The translations under genes were made by a program, and so were the position numbers. DNA of 64,000 nucleotides from Octopus vulgaris (lineage: Eukaryota). Every line of letters starts with the position of its first letter. The stretch's first letter is position 1. Shown here piece after piece: positions 27,915 to 42,116 of this stretch. The stretch lies in NCBI GenBank assembly GCA_951406725.2, contig OX597825.1:22072001-22136000 (forward strand). Reading direction: 5' to 3'. The notes under the pieces were generated by a model, which was given only the letters and a program-made list of their open reading frames with translations, had not been told where the DNA came from and made no database searches.

Positions 27915-28589
27915 GTATATCGTTCTGTGATACGTAAGATCAACAATAGAGTATTTTATCGATTGAGAAACAAATATCATTTAGCATACACAATTCTCCG
28001 TCCTACTGTCTGTAGATATCATAATTAACCTATTTGGTGTAGGATAATATAACGGGGATGTGGCCATAGCATGTGAGATAGCTACTCGATGCAGAGAAGT
28101 TGGTGGCCTCCAGTTCGGCAAAAGATATTTGTCGATGTGCTTGCATATGCTAAAACTTTCGGATTTGGAATTAAATAGTGTGGTGGAATTCGTAGATCCG
28201 AAAAGAATGTGCGCTCTTTCAGTTATTCATAATTTGCAGTGATAAAAATAGAGTCACTAAGTCGGCTGCCTATGTATATCACCTGAAGACAAACTGTACA
28301 CTACAGGTAATCTTGTAGACAGACGTGGAGAAAATCTACGGCATTTACTAACATTTTATTATTTACTAACGGTTTATTCTTAATTTTTTCTCACTGAAGA
28401 GGGAATTGCTGGCTCTTCCATGGATATTTTTACTCAATAAGATATGTAACACGTGCATAAATATTCCAGAAACAGTGGTAAAAACACTTCTATATACACC
28501 CATCTTTTATTCCTTTTTAAATTTAACAGCTCTGCAATTATATTTAATTATAAATTATTTGCTCCAAAGTGACACCACATGTTTCATGT

Positions 28590-28708
<119 letters not shown>

Positions 28709-28724
28709 AATAAAAATTATATAT

Positions 28725-29130
28725 AAGGAAACAAGAACGTGAAATACACAAAGGGATGAACACAGAAAACAGACGGGTCATTCGAACCATTTAATCTTCA
28801 GTCAGAAACCGGATCATCATAGCAAATTTCGGCTGATTAATTCTGATATTTGCTCCAACGCGGCCCCAAGGAAAACCTAAGCTGTGAGCATTAGATTTCT
28901 TGGAAAAAGGAACGAATGTAAACGCAACAGGGACGAATATAAATACAAAAAACGAAAACAAAAATAAAAATAACAAGAATGTTAATAACAGGATAACAGC
29001 AGGTGCCTTACGACTTTAGACAAAATGAGACAAATATAACTTATCTAGCAGGTGTGTTTGGAAAAAATGCCTTTTCGGCTGAGAGGGAACGATGTTGAGC
29101 GGGCTGCGGTCACCAACGAAATGGCTTGTT
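28725..29130. mobile_element. Probable Penelope-like terminal-repeat fragment
   Basis: Non-coding block bounded by (TA)n, with degenerate ctgaaga/cgaa motifs on the minus strand. Family assignment is from general resemblance only. Confidence 0.35.
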
Positions 29131-29999
29131 AAGCAGCAGGTCACAAGATGGTAGATATATATATATATATATATACATACATATATTTGCATGCATGTAT
29201 GTACACGACAAATTTCTGCCTATCAAATCCACTTGCATAACCCTGAGCAGCCACACAATATTTTACAGATATATACCTCCTAAGTTTCAAAGACAGCCAT
29301 CGTTCTAATCTCGAAAATGGAAGCAATTGTTCAGTCCCTAAGGTACATAAATCATGAGATCTTTCAACGCTCTATATTACATTTCTTGAGTTCATTTCAA
29401 TCTCCACTTAACTGAGAATATCGTGGCAAAAAACTGTAGAGTTATTTCTTTGTGTGAATGTTTAGTGGTATTTTTGACTGTTTATTGGGATGCATACTGG
29501 CTTGGTTATACTCATGAGCGTGACGCAGTTAATGTATTCACGGATGTCAGTGACAAGTAACTTTACTTCATCTCAGATCAAACGTTATTACTAATGATAT
29601 GACAAATCTCATGGCAAAGAAAACTATATGTTAGAAATGCTATGTATTTTGCTTATCCAGATCGACAGATAGACGTGACTATGTAAGCCTGCTTATGCTT
29701 TCACACAAAAATCGCGAACCACACACCACGCGCACTCTGATACTCACAAACACACGCATCTGCACCCACACAATTCAAACAAATGTATGAAGTTATATAA
29801 ACAAGTAGGAATATATAAACACGGATCTATTTTCATATTCACCTCGAGCGTCGAAACGTAATTATGTTTTGTTTTCGCTCTCTCCTCCGTGTGTTATTGT
29901 AGCGATTACAAATACACAACGCGCGCGCATGCAGGAGCCCACACATGTGTCTATTTATATATTTATTTTATTTCTGCGTATAAGAGTGTCTATATGCAT

Positions 30000-30148
<149 letters not shown>

Positions 30149-30504
30149 GTATATATATGTATGTATATGCGGGTGTATATCTATATATACATATGTATAT
30201 CTAGACGTGCTTACGTCAGTTTCTGAGTAGTTTTATAATATTTTTTCTCCGTGTATATGTAGCGCATATGTGAATTCAAAGCATTTCTATGCATTTGTGT
30301 GCTTGCGTAAGTGTGCAGGTTTTTATACAAAGCTATGAGTGGGCGTTTCTGTAGTGTTCCAGTGTGAATGTTTGACTACTTTGCAGAATCAGTCACAAAC
30401 TAACAAATAGTTCCACCTACGTACACTTTTCTATAAATACTAACGCATATATTTATATGCATGTATGTCTGTGCAAACCTGTGCGTGTATGTATCCTTGT
30501 ATGC

Positions 30505-30614
<110 letters not shown>

Positions 30615-31252
30615 GTGTATATATATTATATATATTTACATACATGTATATATTTAAACGCACACAAACACGCTCACACACAATCACATACGCACACAAG
30701 CACACACACCCATGTTTTTATGTTCAGTTATAATAAAACTAACTTGCTTACACTTTTTCGAGATCAGTGACGAAAAGTTATTGGAAAAACGATATAAGTA
30801 TTTGCATTGGGACCCACTTTCATCGAAAACCGGTGATTGTCGTACGCTGACGACAGGTCAATACCTAGAAACTGCAGTCCGTGCGTATCACTTAGGTTGA
30901 CGAGGGAAGGATGACCTCCCTTTGCAAATACCATAAGGGCACAGAAAGTGTGCCTAAAGCCAGCTGGAGACGATGTTCTCCTGGGGCTACAAACTATAGT
31001 AACACCCACCCTTAGTGGTTAGCCACATTGAGATGGCAAGTATACCTCACATTATAATAAAACTAGTTTCTCGTTAATTTGCTCGGTTCCTTTAAACTTT
31101 TGTAGAGTACAAATTTATTATTCTTGAACGCGATTAATATTAACAGTGTCTTCGAGTCTTCGGTCAACAAAGCCATCGTAGGACTTTAAGTTATCGTCTG
31201 ACGATAGATTAGCTGACCAATCTTCAAAATCACTATCCATTTGACTTCTTCG

Positions 31253-31311
<59 letters not shown>

Positions 31312-31389
31312 TAATAAATAAAATAAAACATATGCATATATATAAACATATATGTACGTACCTACCTCTACATGTACATATACACGCAT

Positions 31390-32150
31390 ATATGAGTACA
31401 GGACACCAAAAGGACGTCGAACACAATGAGAAACGAAAACATAGACACAAACCAAAGGAACTGGACATTTATTTAAAAACAGCAAAAAAAAAAAGCAAAA
31501 ATATAGAATACAGGACAATTAACACAAACAAAACCCTTCTTCAGTCGCTAAAGCTTTCATCTACTCTACGTTTCGAAGGATAAAAGCGAGACGTATCTTC
31601 GACAAGAAAACTTTCCTTCCTGCGAAAAGCAAATCAATTAAAATTCTGAGATCTTTTCGCAGAGGGGTAAAAAATAGTAACAGCAGGACAGTAACGACAG
31701 TGCAAATTGTAAACAGTAGAAGACAGGACAAGGAAAAACAAGATAAGAAGGGCTGTTGACGCCGAACGAAAAAAGTATTGCAAACGCAGAATTTTTTATG
31801 GACGACGAGCGGAGGAAAAAGAGTGTCATCCAGTACCTTGAGAGAGCCAGGCGAGAGAGACAGCAGCGGAAGTGACGTCGCGGGTGAACGACGGGAAGGC
31901 GGAAGTCACGTCGCGGGTGAACGACGGGAAGGGGGGAGGAGGAGCAAGAGAAAGGTAGAGAAGAAGGGGAATGGCTGCGAGGAAACAATGAAGAATGGAG
32001 AGGGAGAGAGAGAGAGTGAAGAATGATAGAGAGGAAGAGACAAGTTAAGTAGAGGAAAATGAAAACAAAGAATGAAGGCTGAGAAAGGGATGGGACAGAA
32101 AGGTTAAGAGTGCGCGTGAGAGTTAATATCAAGAACAAAATCTTGATATA
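31390..32150. mobile_element. Probable Penelope-like terminal-repeat fragment
   Basis: Minus-strand ttc-ttgtcgaa-gata...tatc-ctt-cgaaacgta-gag motif resembles 271-308. Purine-skewed body; contains a 2x33-bp CpG-rich repeat. Confidence 0.45.
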
Positions 32151-33158
32151 AAGAACAATCTTAATTACGGGGGTACGTGCGTTTCATCATATATATATAT
32201 TTAAATAATGAAGGAGATAAATTGAATATTAATTTAATTAACATCAATTTAAAAACAGTAGACTAGCGTATAAAAAATCTGAACAATCAGAAAACATTTC
32301 AATACATGTGTATTTATAGGGATAAACAACTAGGTGGATAACCATACGCTATAAGATCACATACGATCTAACTAGAAAGAACATAAGCGGACAAGACAGA
32401 TGAAAATTATATAAAAATCAAGAATTAATCGTACACCGATATCGTCTGTTACCGAATAAATTACTTACGTAATCCTTCGTTCGCAGAACTCGCCAGTACG
32501 AGCGTTCGTTCCAATTTCAATATAATTTTCAAAACTAAACACTAGTTGTCCATATAAAACTCGACGTGTGCCTAGTTCTATCAATTATATTGGGGTCATT
32601 TTCAAATGTCTAAGTGGTGGCGCGCTAAATTCCGGACACAGTTCTTCAGCGGATAATTTACTGCAGTTAATGTTTCCAATTAGAGAACATCATGCGATCG
32701 GTAGTGAGGAGTAGTCTCACTTTCGCCATTTTGATCTCTAACGCGAATCATCAGTTTATAGACAACTCTTTTCCTATAGCCAGATTATTTTGTTCCTTCC
32801 TGCCAGCACAATTTTATTCGTTTCAGTTATTCTGCTGCGGTCATGTTGGAGCAAGCATAACTTTCATTCATCACATATGATTCTCCAGCTGATGTCCTCA
32901 GGGTGGTGGTTTGTCTATACACTCACAAATATAAGGATATCGCGAAAGGCTTGGTTGCAAGCTCAACTTTCCGAAGTCAGATTAACTATTTCCCGTACTC
33001 TCACACGAACCCACATCTTTCCGACTGGGTTTGGACTACCAAATACACTGAATTCCTCCTACTACCGGATTATATTACCGTATTCATTCGGAGGACGTCA
33101 TTTCTACACCCACACACACGCACATACACAACTATCTATATATGTATATAACCACACC

Positions 33159-33192
<34 letters not shown>

Positions 33193-33394
33193 CAGCCATA
33201 TCAACGTAGAAAGTTTGTACATTAAGACGAGGATGATGATGATGATGGTGACGATGATCATGATCATAATACTGATGAAATTGATGATGTTGATGATGAT
33301 GATTATGATCCTGTTGTATGAACAATATACATAGGTTTATATACAAATATATATATATATATATATATAAATTCATATATACATATATATATAC

Positions 33395-33425
<31 letters not shown>

Positions 33426-33455
33426 CAAATACATATATATATATATTTTTTTTTT

Positions 33456-35034
33456 CTAGTTTCAGCTCAGAGCTGCGGCCATGCTGATGCACCGCCGTTT
33501 TGTGCTACACTGTTATTGCGACGAACCTCGTCTAATATGCGGTACTTGGTAAAGAATGGAGTTTGATACAGCTACTCTCATTTGCACCTCTTGCCGTGAG
33601 GTAGGTTCATCTGGGACTCTTGACAGGAAGATGTCCAGTTTTGATTTAATAACCGCTACATCTACTTTGTGCAAGTTCCTCAGACTCTTTGGGAGAATAT
33701 TAAAAAGCTGTAGGCCCTTGAAACCCAGGCTGTTGCAGAAGCTGGTCATGAAGCGCGATGGCATTGCTGGGATCTTTGGCACTATGCAGTGTCGTCCCGT
33801 TCTAGCATTCGTGTAGCTTACAATGCCAAAATTTGGCACAATTCCTTCCAGGATTTTCTAGACATATATTACTGCATACCTCTCCCGTCTTCTCTCCAGG
33901 GAGTAGAGTCTTCGCTGTTTCAAACTTTCCCAGTAGCTAAGCTGTTGCAAAGAGACGATCTTCTTTGTGAATCTTCTCTGGATTGCTGCAAGGTCTGCTG
34001 TTAATTTTACACTGGTGGGTGACCATAGCTGTGAGCAGTAATCCAGGCGACTGAGGACGAATGTCCGCCAGAGGGCCATTATGGTTTCCTTATCTCTGGT
34101 TCTGAATGTTCTTAGGATCCACCCAGCCAGTCGTCTGCACTTTGTCGCCATCCTGGTAATGTGCACTTGGAAAGAGGTATCATCACTCATGTCGATAACC
34201 AGGTCCCTCACAGAGTTAGGCTCTGGGATTGAAATTCCCTGTGGACCGGTGTATCCTGTAAGTTTAATATTCAGTTTTGGATGCTGGTAGCGCAGGGCCT
34301 GGAATTTTTCAGCATTAAACTGCATATTATTATCCTCAGCCCATCTGTAGATTGAGTCCAACTCCTGCTGCAGGTGTGCAACATCGCTGGGGTTCTGTAT
34401 TTTCTGCGAGACTTTCGTATCGCCTGCATAGCTGGCCAGAGTGGCTATCCGGGCATTTGAGGGCATATCTGAGAGGGCCACTATAAAAAGCAGTGGTCCC
34501 AAGACAGTGCCCTGTGGAACACCGCTCACTATTTGTGTGTTCATAGAGGTGGCTCCATTAAGCACTACTGCCTGACTCCTATCTTTCAGGAAGTCATGCA
34601 ACCACACTCCAAGTTTTCCAGCTATGCCGAGGTCACGTAGTTTGTGGCATATCATACCATGATCCACATTGTCAAAAGCTTTTGCAAAATCAAGGTAGAT
34701 TACGTCCACATTTGATTTGTTGAGTAACTGCCTCAACACCCAATCATAATGCTGTAAGAGCTGGGTCAGGCAGCTCCTACCTGGTCGAAAACCATGCTGG
34801 CTATTACTCAGCAAGTTATTTTCCTCAAGGAATGCGATTAGTTTCTTTCTGACTATCCTTTCTATGACTTTGCTGATATGTGAAGTCAGAGAGATAGGCC
34901 GATAATTTTTGGCATCTGCTCTACTTCCCCCTTTATGTATTGGGCATATTATTCCCCCCTTCAGCGTGCTTGGCAGTTTGCCAGTCGCAAGAAAGCTCTG
35001 GAAGAGAATCTTGAGGGGTTTTGCCAGAACATGC
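33456..35034 (-). mobile_element. CR1-clade LINE, 5'-truncated, RT pseudogene
   Basis: NYRPISLTS, QHGFRPGRSC, YLDFAKAFD, SGVPQGTVLGPLLF, YAGD (mutated YADD), RLDYCSQLWSP, SLERRRER. One premature stop at 33858; A-rich tail at 33446-33455. Confidence 0.96.
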
Positions 35035-35480
35035 TACATATATATGTCCACGCATACATATAAATTCAAATTAAAGGAGAATGGGCTGCTTATATAAACT
35101 TAGTTTTGAGATTAGATTTTTGGAACATTCCATTTCCCGCAGACAATATTGTATATATTTGGAAGAAATAAGGCACACACGCAAACAAACTCGCAAACCT
35201 GCAAGCATATCCACCATTTAACGTATACGCTTTTACAAACACAAATGTGTTCTTCTGTGCACATGTATACACATGTTAATGCATGTATGAATATATGTGT
35301 GCTCACATGTATGAAATCGTCTTGAAGCTGCAACTGCTTTTGTATATTAATGAAAATTAATATATTATATAATATACGTACTCACACTTATATACACACA
35401 CACACATCTACACACCCCACATAAATGAACTTATGTTTATGAAGTAGACTATTCCTCAGCAGTAACACACTGAATATTTA

Positions 35481-35556
<76 letters not shown>

Positions 35557-35781
35557 CATATATGTATATATGTATATATAAGTCTATATATATATACACA
35601 CACACATATATATATACGTATATATATGTATATATACATATATATATATATACAAACATATAAATATATGTACACGCACGCACGCACACATATATATATA
35701 TTTATATATACATATATGTATATATATATCTATATATATACGTGTATATATACATATATATACATATATATATATGTATAT

Positions 35782-35812
<31 letters not shown>

Positions 35813-35852
35813 CTTAAAGACACACACACACACACACACATCACACACACAA

Positions 35853-35927
<75 letters not shown>

Positions 35928-36366
35928 AACACATTTATGCACCGTCACATTCCTACGTTTTTATTTCCGATTTTATTCTGTTTTTGTTATTCTTTCAAGT
36001 GGTTGGTTCTGTCAGATTTTCTATTCAACGATTTAAGTTTCCCTATACGTCAACATAGCGACTATGAAAATATATTCGATGAATCGGAATACATAGTGGT
36101 GTGTCAGAACGTTTATTTATTAAATTATTTGCTGCTTTAGTATTCTAAAGTATTTACCGTGTTCCAGTGGAATTTCACTAAAACTTTTATTTACTCTGTT
36201 TTTCTGTCTCCCACTCTCTCTCCATCTCTCACCCTGTTTCATTCTCTCTCTCTCTCTGAGTCTGATTGATTTCTCTTCTAATGTACACACGAATAGGACA
36301 CGAAGAGGACTGCAATATGTATACACACAAATACACACACACACACACACGATATATATATATTTC

Positions 36367-36450
<84 letters not shown>

Positions 36451-36655
36451 GCTTATACATACATGTATATGTTGATATATATATATATGTGTGTGTGTGT
36501 GTGTATGTATGTATACATATGTGTGTGTCTGAGTGTGTCTGCGTGTGTACATATATAATTATATATAAACGCATAAACAGATGTAGTCGCAGATATATGA
36601 GTTTACATACATTTATATATGTAATATGTACACACACAGACACACATATATAAGT

Positions 36656-36708
<53 letters not shown>

Positions 36709-37340
36709 TGTACGTCTTTATCCCATTCTCTATCATCTTTACACTTTTTAACGTTTTCTGCAAAAAAAATAAAATAATAATAATTATAATAACCAAAAAC
36801 AACATTAATCCTCATTTCTAAAATTAATGTATCGGGAAAAGTGATTTCTCTTTCTATTCTTTACTTTTTTGTCTTTTTTTTTTACATTTTCTGTCTTCTC
36901 ATCTTTTTGCTCAGATGCCTATTTTTTTCTTTTCGGAATTGTTTTTTGCTTCTGAATTTCAGATACGATATTCAGCTTAAGATTTCTATGCAAATTCTGT
37001 GTAACACATGGTCACATATTTCATTACAGAAACATGCACACATGCAACGACACCGTTTTTTATAAGAACATATATGAGTGCGCATCTGTATGTATGTTAG
37101 TTTGTGTGTATACACACACTAACATACATACATACACACACACATACAGGCACAAATAGAGATAGAGTTTGATAGGTAGATAAATGAAGTGATAGATAGG
37201 CATGTATATATGCATATAAATGCATATATTATAATAAGCATATGTAAGTATTCATAAATATTCATATATTTATATATATATATTTATATATATATATATT
37301 CATATATATATATATATTTATATATATATGCATGTAAATA

Positions 37341-37397
<57 letters not shown>

Positions 37398-38127
37398 ATA
37401 TATATATATATATATATATGCAGAGAGAAAGAGAGGAGGAGATCTACATACATCGCACACATTCTTATGTAAGTCAATATATCCCAACATGTAGACTGAT
37501 GAAAGTAGTGACTAACGCTAGTGACAAACGTACTGTCCTTCGTTGTCTCCATCTTTACCGCACAACATGCTCGCACAATACCAGAATCATGCCAATAAAC
37601 ATAAGGACAAAGCCAGTAATACGATCTTGGATTGTGTGCGACGTTTCGTGCCGAATGAAGCACAAAGTTGTCACTCATTTTGGTTTATCGGCTTGGTTCT
37701 TCACTCATCTCTTGTTCAGAATGCAGTTGCATTTGACTGCAGACCACCCTAAAATCGTTGCATATTGTATTTTCTTTTCCTTCGTATTGGGCGTTGTCTG
37801 ATAAATCCATGCTGATGCAGGTAACATATCTGATTATTCTTTTGGTCTTGAACGAGAAAATCATAGAGGGAGAGACGCAGCCTTCTTTGTTACGTAACCC
37901 TGCCAAGCTGTTCTGAGATCGGCCAACTGATCTGTAACCAAAATCTAAGTACTGCTCTTCACCTCGCCGAATAAGGAAACTTATGTTTCAAGTTCTTTTG
38001 CTTAATTTACGTGTTTGCATTATGTTTATTACAGTGGTTGTTATCTTTGCTAACGTTTTGCTAGTTATTTCATTGCTGTGAATATTTGAGTTAATGAAAC
38101 CGTTTTCTGTTAAAAGAACTTAATATG

Positions 38128-38340
38128 CGTAGAGGCGCAATGGCCTAGTGGTTAGGGCAGCGGACTCGCGGTCGCAGGATCGCGGTTTCGATTCTCAGAC
38201 CGGGCGTTGTGTGTGTTTATTGAGCGAAAACACCTAAAAGCTCTACGAGGCTCCGGCAGGGGGTGGTGATCCCTGCTGTACTCTTTCACCACAATGGCGG
38301 TGCCCCAGCATGGCCACAGCTCAAGAACTGAAACTGGAAA
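38128..38340 (+). mobile_element. Chimeric SINE: family C head plus CR1-type tail
   Basis: Family C sequence to ctctttcaccacaa (~38294), then tggcggtgccccagcatggccacagctc...ctgaaactggaaa. Confidence 0.88.
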
Positions 38341-38694
38341 CAATGCCTGGAGAAATACGTCTTGCTGTGAAATTAAATTTATTTTCTATTTTTGTCTGTT
38401 TTATGTTTATTTGTTGCTGCCATTTATTTCAGTATCTCAGGGGGCGTTGTTCTCCGTAGTTAGCAACTTCGTTTCAATGAACGCAAAACAACACCAAGCA
38501 TAGTTTCTCTGCTTCTATGCGAAAGGTAATTACAAACGTTCCCAGAAGCGTTCTCGAAAAGAAATGCTTTTTTTCTTCTTCTTCTTCAATTACTTTCGTT
38601 ATAAATAAGAATTCTAAGGAGCAATAAGCCGCATATCTGTACCCAATTCAGCCATTTTTATAATTGTAACAAGAAGAACGATGACAGGAACAAG

Positions 38695-38788
38695 AACAAC
38701 AACACTAATAGCAATAATGATAACAACAACAACAACTACAGCAGCAACAACAACAACAACAATAATAATAATAATAATAATGATGATG

Positions 38789-38830
<42 letters not shown>
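38695..38830. repeat. (AAC)n/(AAT)n microsatellite
   Basis: Directly visible. Confidence 0.95.
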
Positions 38831-38832
<2 letters not shown>

Positions 38833-40625
38833 AGGAGAAAAAAGAAAATCCACGGTATGTTATTAACTGCTGAAATGAATAATACTATGCGTTTAGTTCA
38901 AGAGATTATAACACAATGGATTAAGTATGGTAATCTATCTGACAGGTTAGCAAGAAAAGAAATTGCATTGAAATCCTTGAGTCAATCAAATATAGCTCAG
39001 AAAAAAAAAACTCTTGCGCGTAGAATTAGAGGATAGTCGACAGGTGATAAAATCGCATGCATAACTTTATAATTCCTTTATTTTGTGTCGTAAATTAAAA
39101 TCTATAGGTTATACAAAACAGCTTCAAGTTTAAGTTGACACAGACATTCGGTGCATACAGGGGACTGTCACGGGAATGAAAAGAAATTGCCTACACTTAC
39201 AACTAAAATTGGGGAAGAAAGTAGATTTCAAGTAATTTTTACTCACAAATTTTTTACTTATAAAAGGTGGTGCTCCAGTATGGCCGCAGTAAAATGAAAG
39301 AAACAATTAAAAGAATAAAAGAATAGTATGAAGATCAACTAATTAATGTATCGGATAAAAATATAATGAAAATTTAAAATAAAAGCGAATATTGGGTGTC
39401 AAACAGATCAAATGCTCATATCTGCAAACAGCGATAACGCTATGAAATTATCCCCCATAAACGTAATTCATAACTATTTTTCAGAATTTCCTGAGGGAAA
39501 TATATTTAAATAATCGCCAAAGCGAACTTGGGACAAAAAAATATAAGAGGAGAAATGCTTGACTGGGAGCAAATCATGCAAAAGATCCCAATAAATTTAA
39601 CTGTCTCCTATTTTACGTTTCAGAACGTTTTATTCCATATAATATATATTTTCATTATTATATGATACATGAAGTGCAATGAAACAAGAATGAGATGGAA
39701 ATAAAATACATTAAATGACATTACCAATTCCTGAAATATATCTTTATTATGGAAATAAATATAGATGAATAAATGGATCCGCTATAACAAAGAATCCGTA
39801 TAATTAAAAATTTTGTCAAAAAATTAAGACCCTCTGGGAGAAAATAAAGGCACAAGCAAAACTTGTTAAGAAAAGCAAACAGTATGAGTCATTTTATAAA
39901 ACATTATCACTGCTTCCAGTCTGATTAGGAATTCATTGTAATGTTTTGATCAGCAAGCAAATGAGAAGTCCTAAGGATTGCCATTATTACCAAGTTCTGG
40001 CCAACAGACAACGAATTATTTAGGATACATGTCTTTATCGTTCAATTTACAGGTATGTAGACAAGAAGCAATACTTGAATACCTGCTGGTAAAGAAAAAT
40101 TATCATACTTCATCTCGTAGTTTTGACAATATTTGGCGTTCGCCAAATCTGCAAAAATATTGCTTGATAATATACTAACTTTTTTAATTCTCACTCTACA
40201 AACCACATGCCACTCAGCTTGTTACAAAAGCCTAAAATGGTGCAAGAACCGTTATATGGATGTATTGTGCAGATACCAGTTAAGTGGGCTCGAGACTGTA
40301 CAACACAGTATGACAAGGATAAATTAATGGCCTATTAAATACCACAATTTAAAAATATGTTTGAAGCTCTGTATTAGTAGCATGGCATGAGGATCGTGAT
40401 ATAACAAAAGCAGCGAAAAAGAGCAAATTAAGACAGGCCTGTTTCTTAAGAAATGATATCTTCTAGGGAAACACTTATTCTCCATTAATGTTCTACCTTA
40501 GTCCGTTTAATAAATATTGTAATTGTTACTTTTGCTGCTGAAACTTATATATGATCGGCAGTTTATGGATCACTTACTAGATAAGTACTTGGGTTAAAGT
40601 CAAGTTGGAATATCAAAGAGAAAGT

Positions 40626-41030
40626 GTCGCAGGAGTGGCTGTGTGGTAAGTAGCTTGCTAACCAACCACATGGTTGCGGGTTCAGTCCCACTGCGTGGCA
40701 TCTTGGGCAAGTGTCTTCTGCTATAGCCCCGGGCCGACCAATGCCTTGTGAGTGGATTTGGTAGACGGAAACTGAAAGAAGCCTGTGGTATATATGTATA
40801 TATATATATGTATGTGTGTGTTTGTGTGTCTGTGTTTGTCCCCCTAGCATTGCTTGACAACCGATGCTGGTGTGTTTATGTCCCCGTCACTTAGCGGCTC
40901 GGCAAAAAAGACCGATAGAATAAGTACTGGGCTTACAAAGAATAAGTCCCGGGGTCGATTTGCTCGACTAAAAGGCGGTGCTCCAGCATGGCCGCAGACG
41001 AATGACTGAAACAAGTAAAAGAGAAAGAGT
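40626..41030 (+). mobile_element. SINE family A, near full length
   Basis: tRNA-like head, core, internal (TA)(TG) tract and CR1-like tail all present. Confidence 0.96.
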
Positions 41031-41701
41031 AAAGAGAGTCGATAAATCTGGAAAGAATACAGACGTACTGCTTAACACTAAAAACCGAGAACTATAGGTT
41101 AGACAAATATACCGAAAGAAGATAATTAAAACCTAAGTAATCAGCAGGGAACCAAAGAATACGTGAAACAAATAAGAAACAAAGTAGAAAGGAAAAAAGT
41201 ATAAAGGAACACCGCAAATCTTAAATCAATATTTGAAATTAAATTAGTGAAACATGTTGCAGTTATGAATTACATCTTATACATGATATGCTGGGGATTA
41301 CGGGGATTAAAGAGCTTAAGCAGATAAGACGATGAAGCATTACAAGCGTACCGAATGCACCGCGCCGGTGCTGGTTTTGATAGAGTATATGGCATGGGGA
41401 GGAGAGGATCTACTAACAAATAACAAAGGAGATAATAGATAATAGAAATAAAAGAGAATCTGATGGGTGTATTAAACAAACACAGAAAGGAAAACAGTTA
41501 TTCTCTAAAAAAAACAAATTCTCTAAAAAAACTGAAATACAAAATTGCAATTTAACTATATTGAAAAAAAGACATTTAGAATGGTGAACAAATTGAGAAT
41601 GAAACCCAAAATATAATTTTAAATTATACTTAATTTAAGTTAGATAGAACAAACAGTCTAGTGGCAGAAATATATCATATATTAGGTGAATGCACCAATA
41701 T

Positions 41702-42116
41702 AGGCGCAAGCGTGGCTGTGTGGTAAGTAGTTTAATTCCCAATTACATATTTCCTGGTTCAGTCCCAGTGCGTGGCAACTTTGGCAATTATCTTCTTCTA
41801 TTGCTTTGGGTCGACCAAAACCTTGTGAGTGGTAGACAGAAACCGAAAGAAGCTCGTTGTATATATGCACACATGCATATATGTTTGTGAGTGTGTGTAT
41901 ATATGTGTGTGTATGGTTATCCCCCACAGCTGTTTGACAACCAGTATTCCTGTATTTACCATACCGTAACTTAGAGGTTCGTCAAAAGAGACCGATAACA
42001 TGAATGCCAGGATTGAAGAAAATACTACGTACTGGATTCATTTGACTAAAGATTCTTCAAGGTTGTGTCCCAGTGTGTTCGCAGTCAGGTGACGGAAACA
42101 AATAAGAGACAAAAGA
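41702..42116 (+). mobile_element. SINE family A (diverged)
   Basis: aggcgcaagcgtggctgtgtggtaag head through gcagtcaggtgacggaaac tail. Confidence 0.88.
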
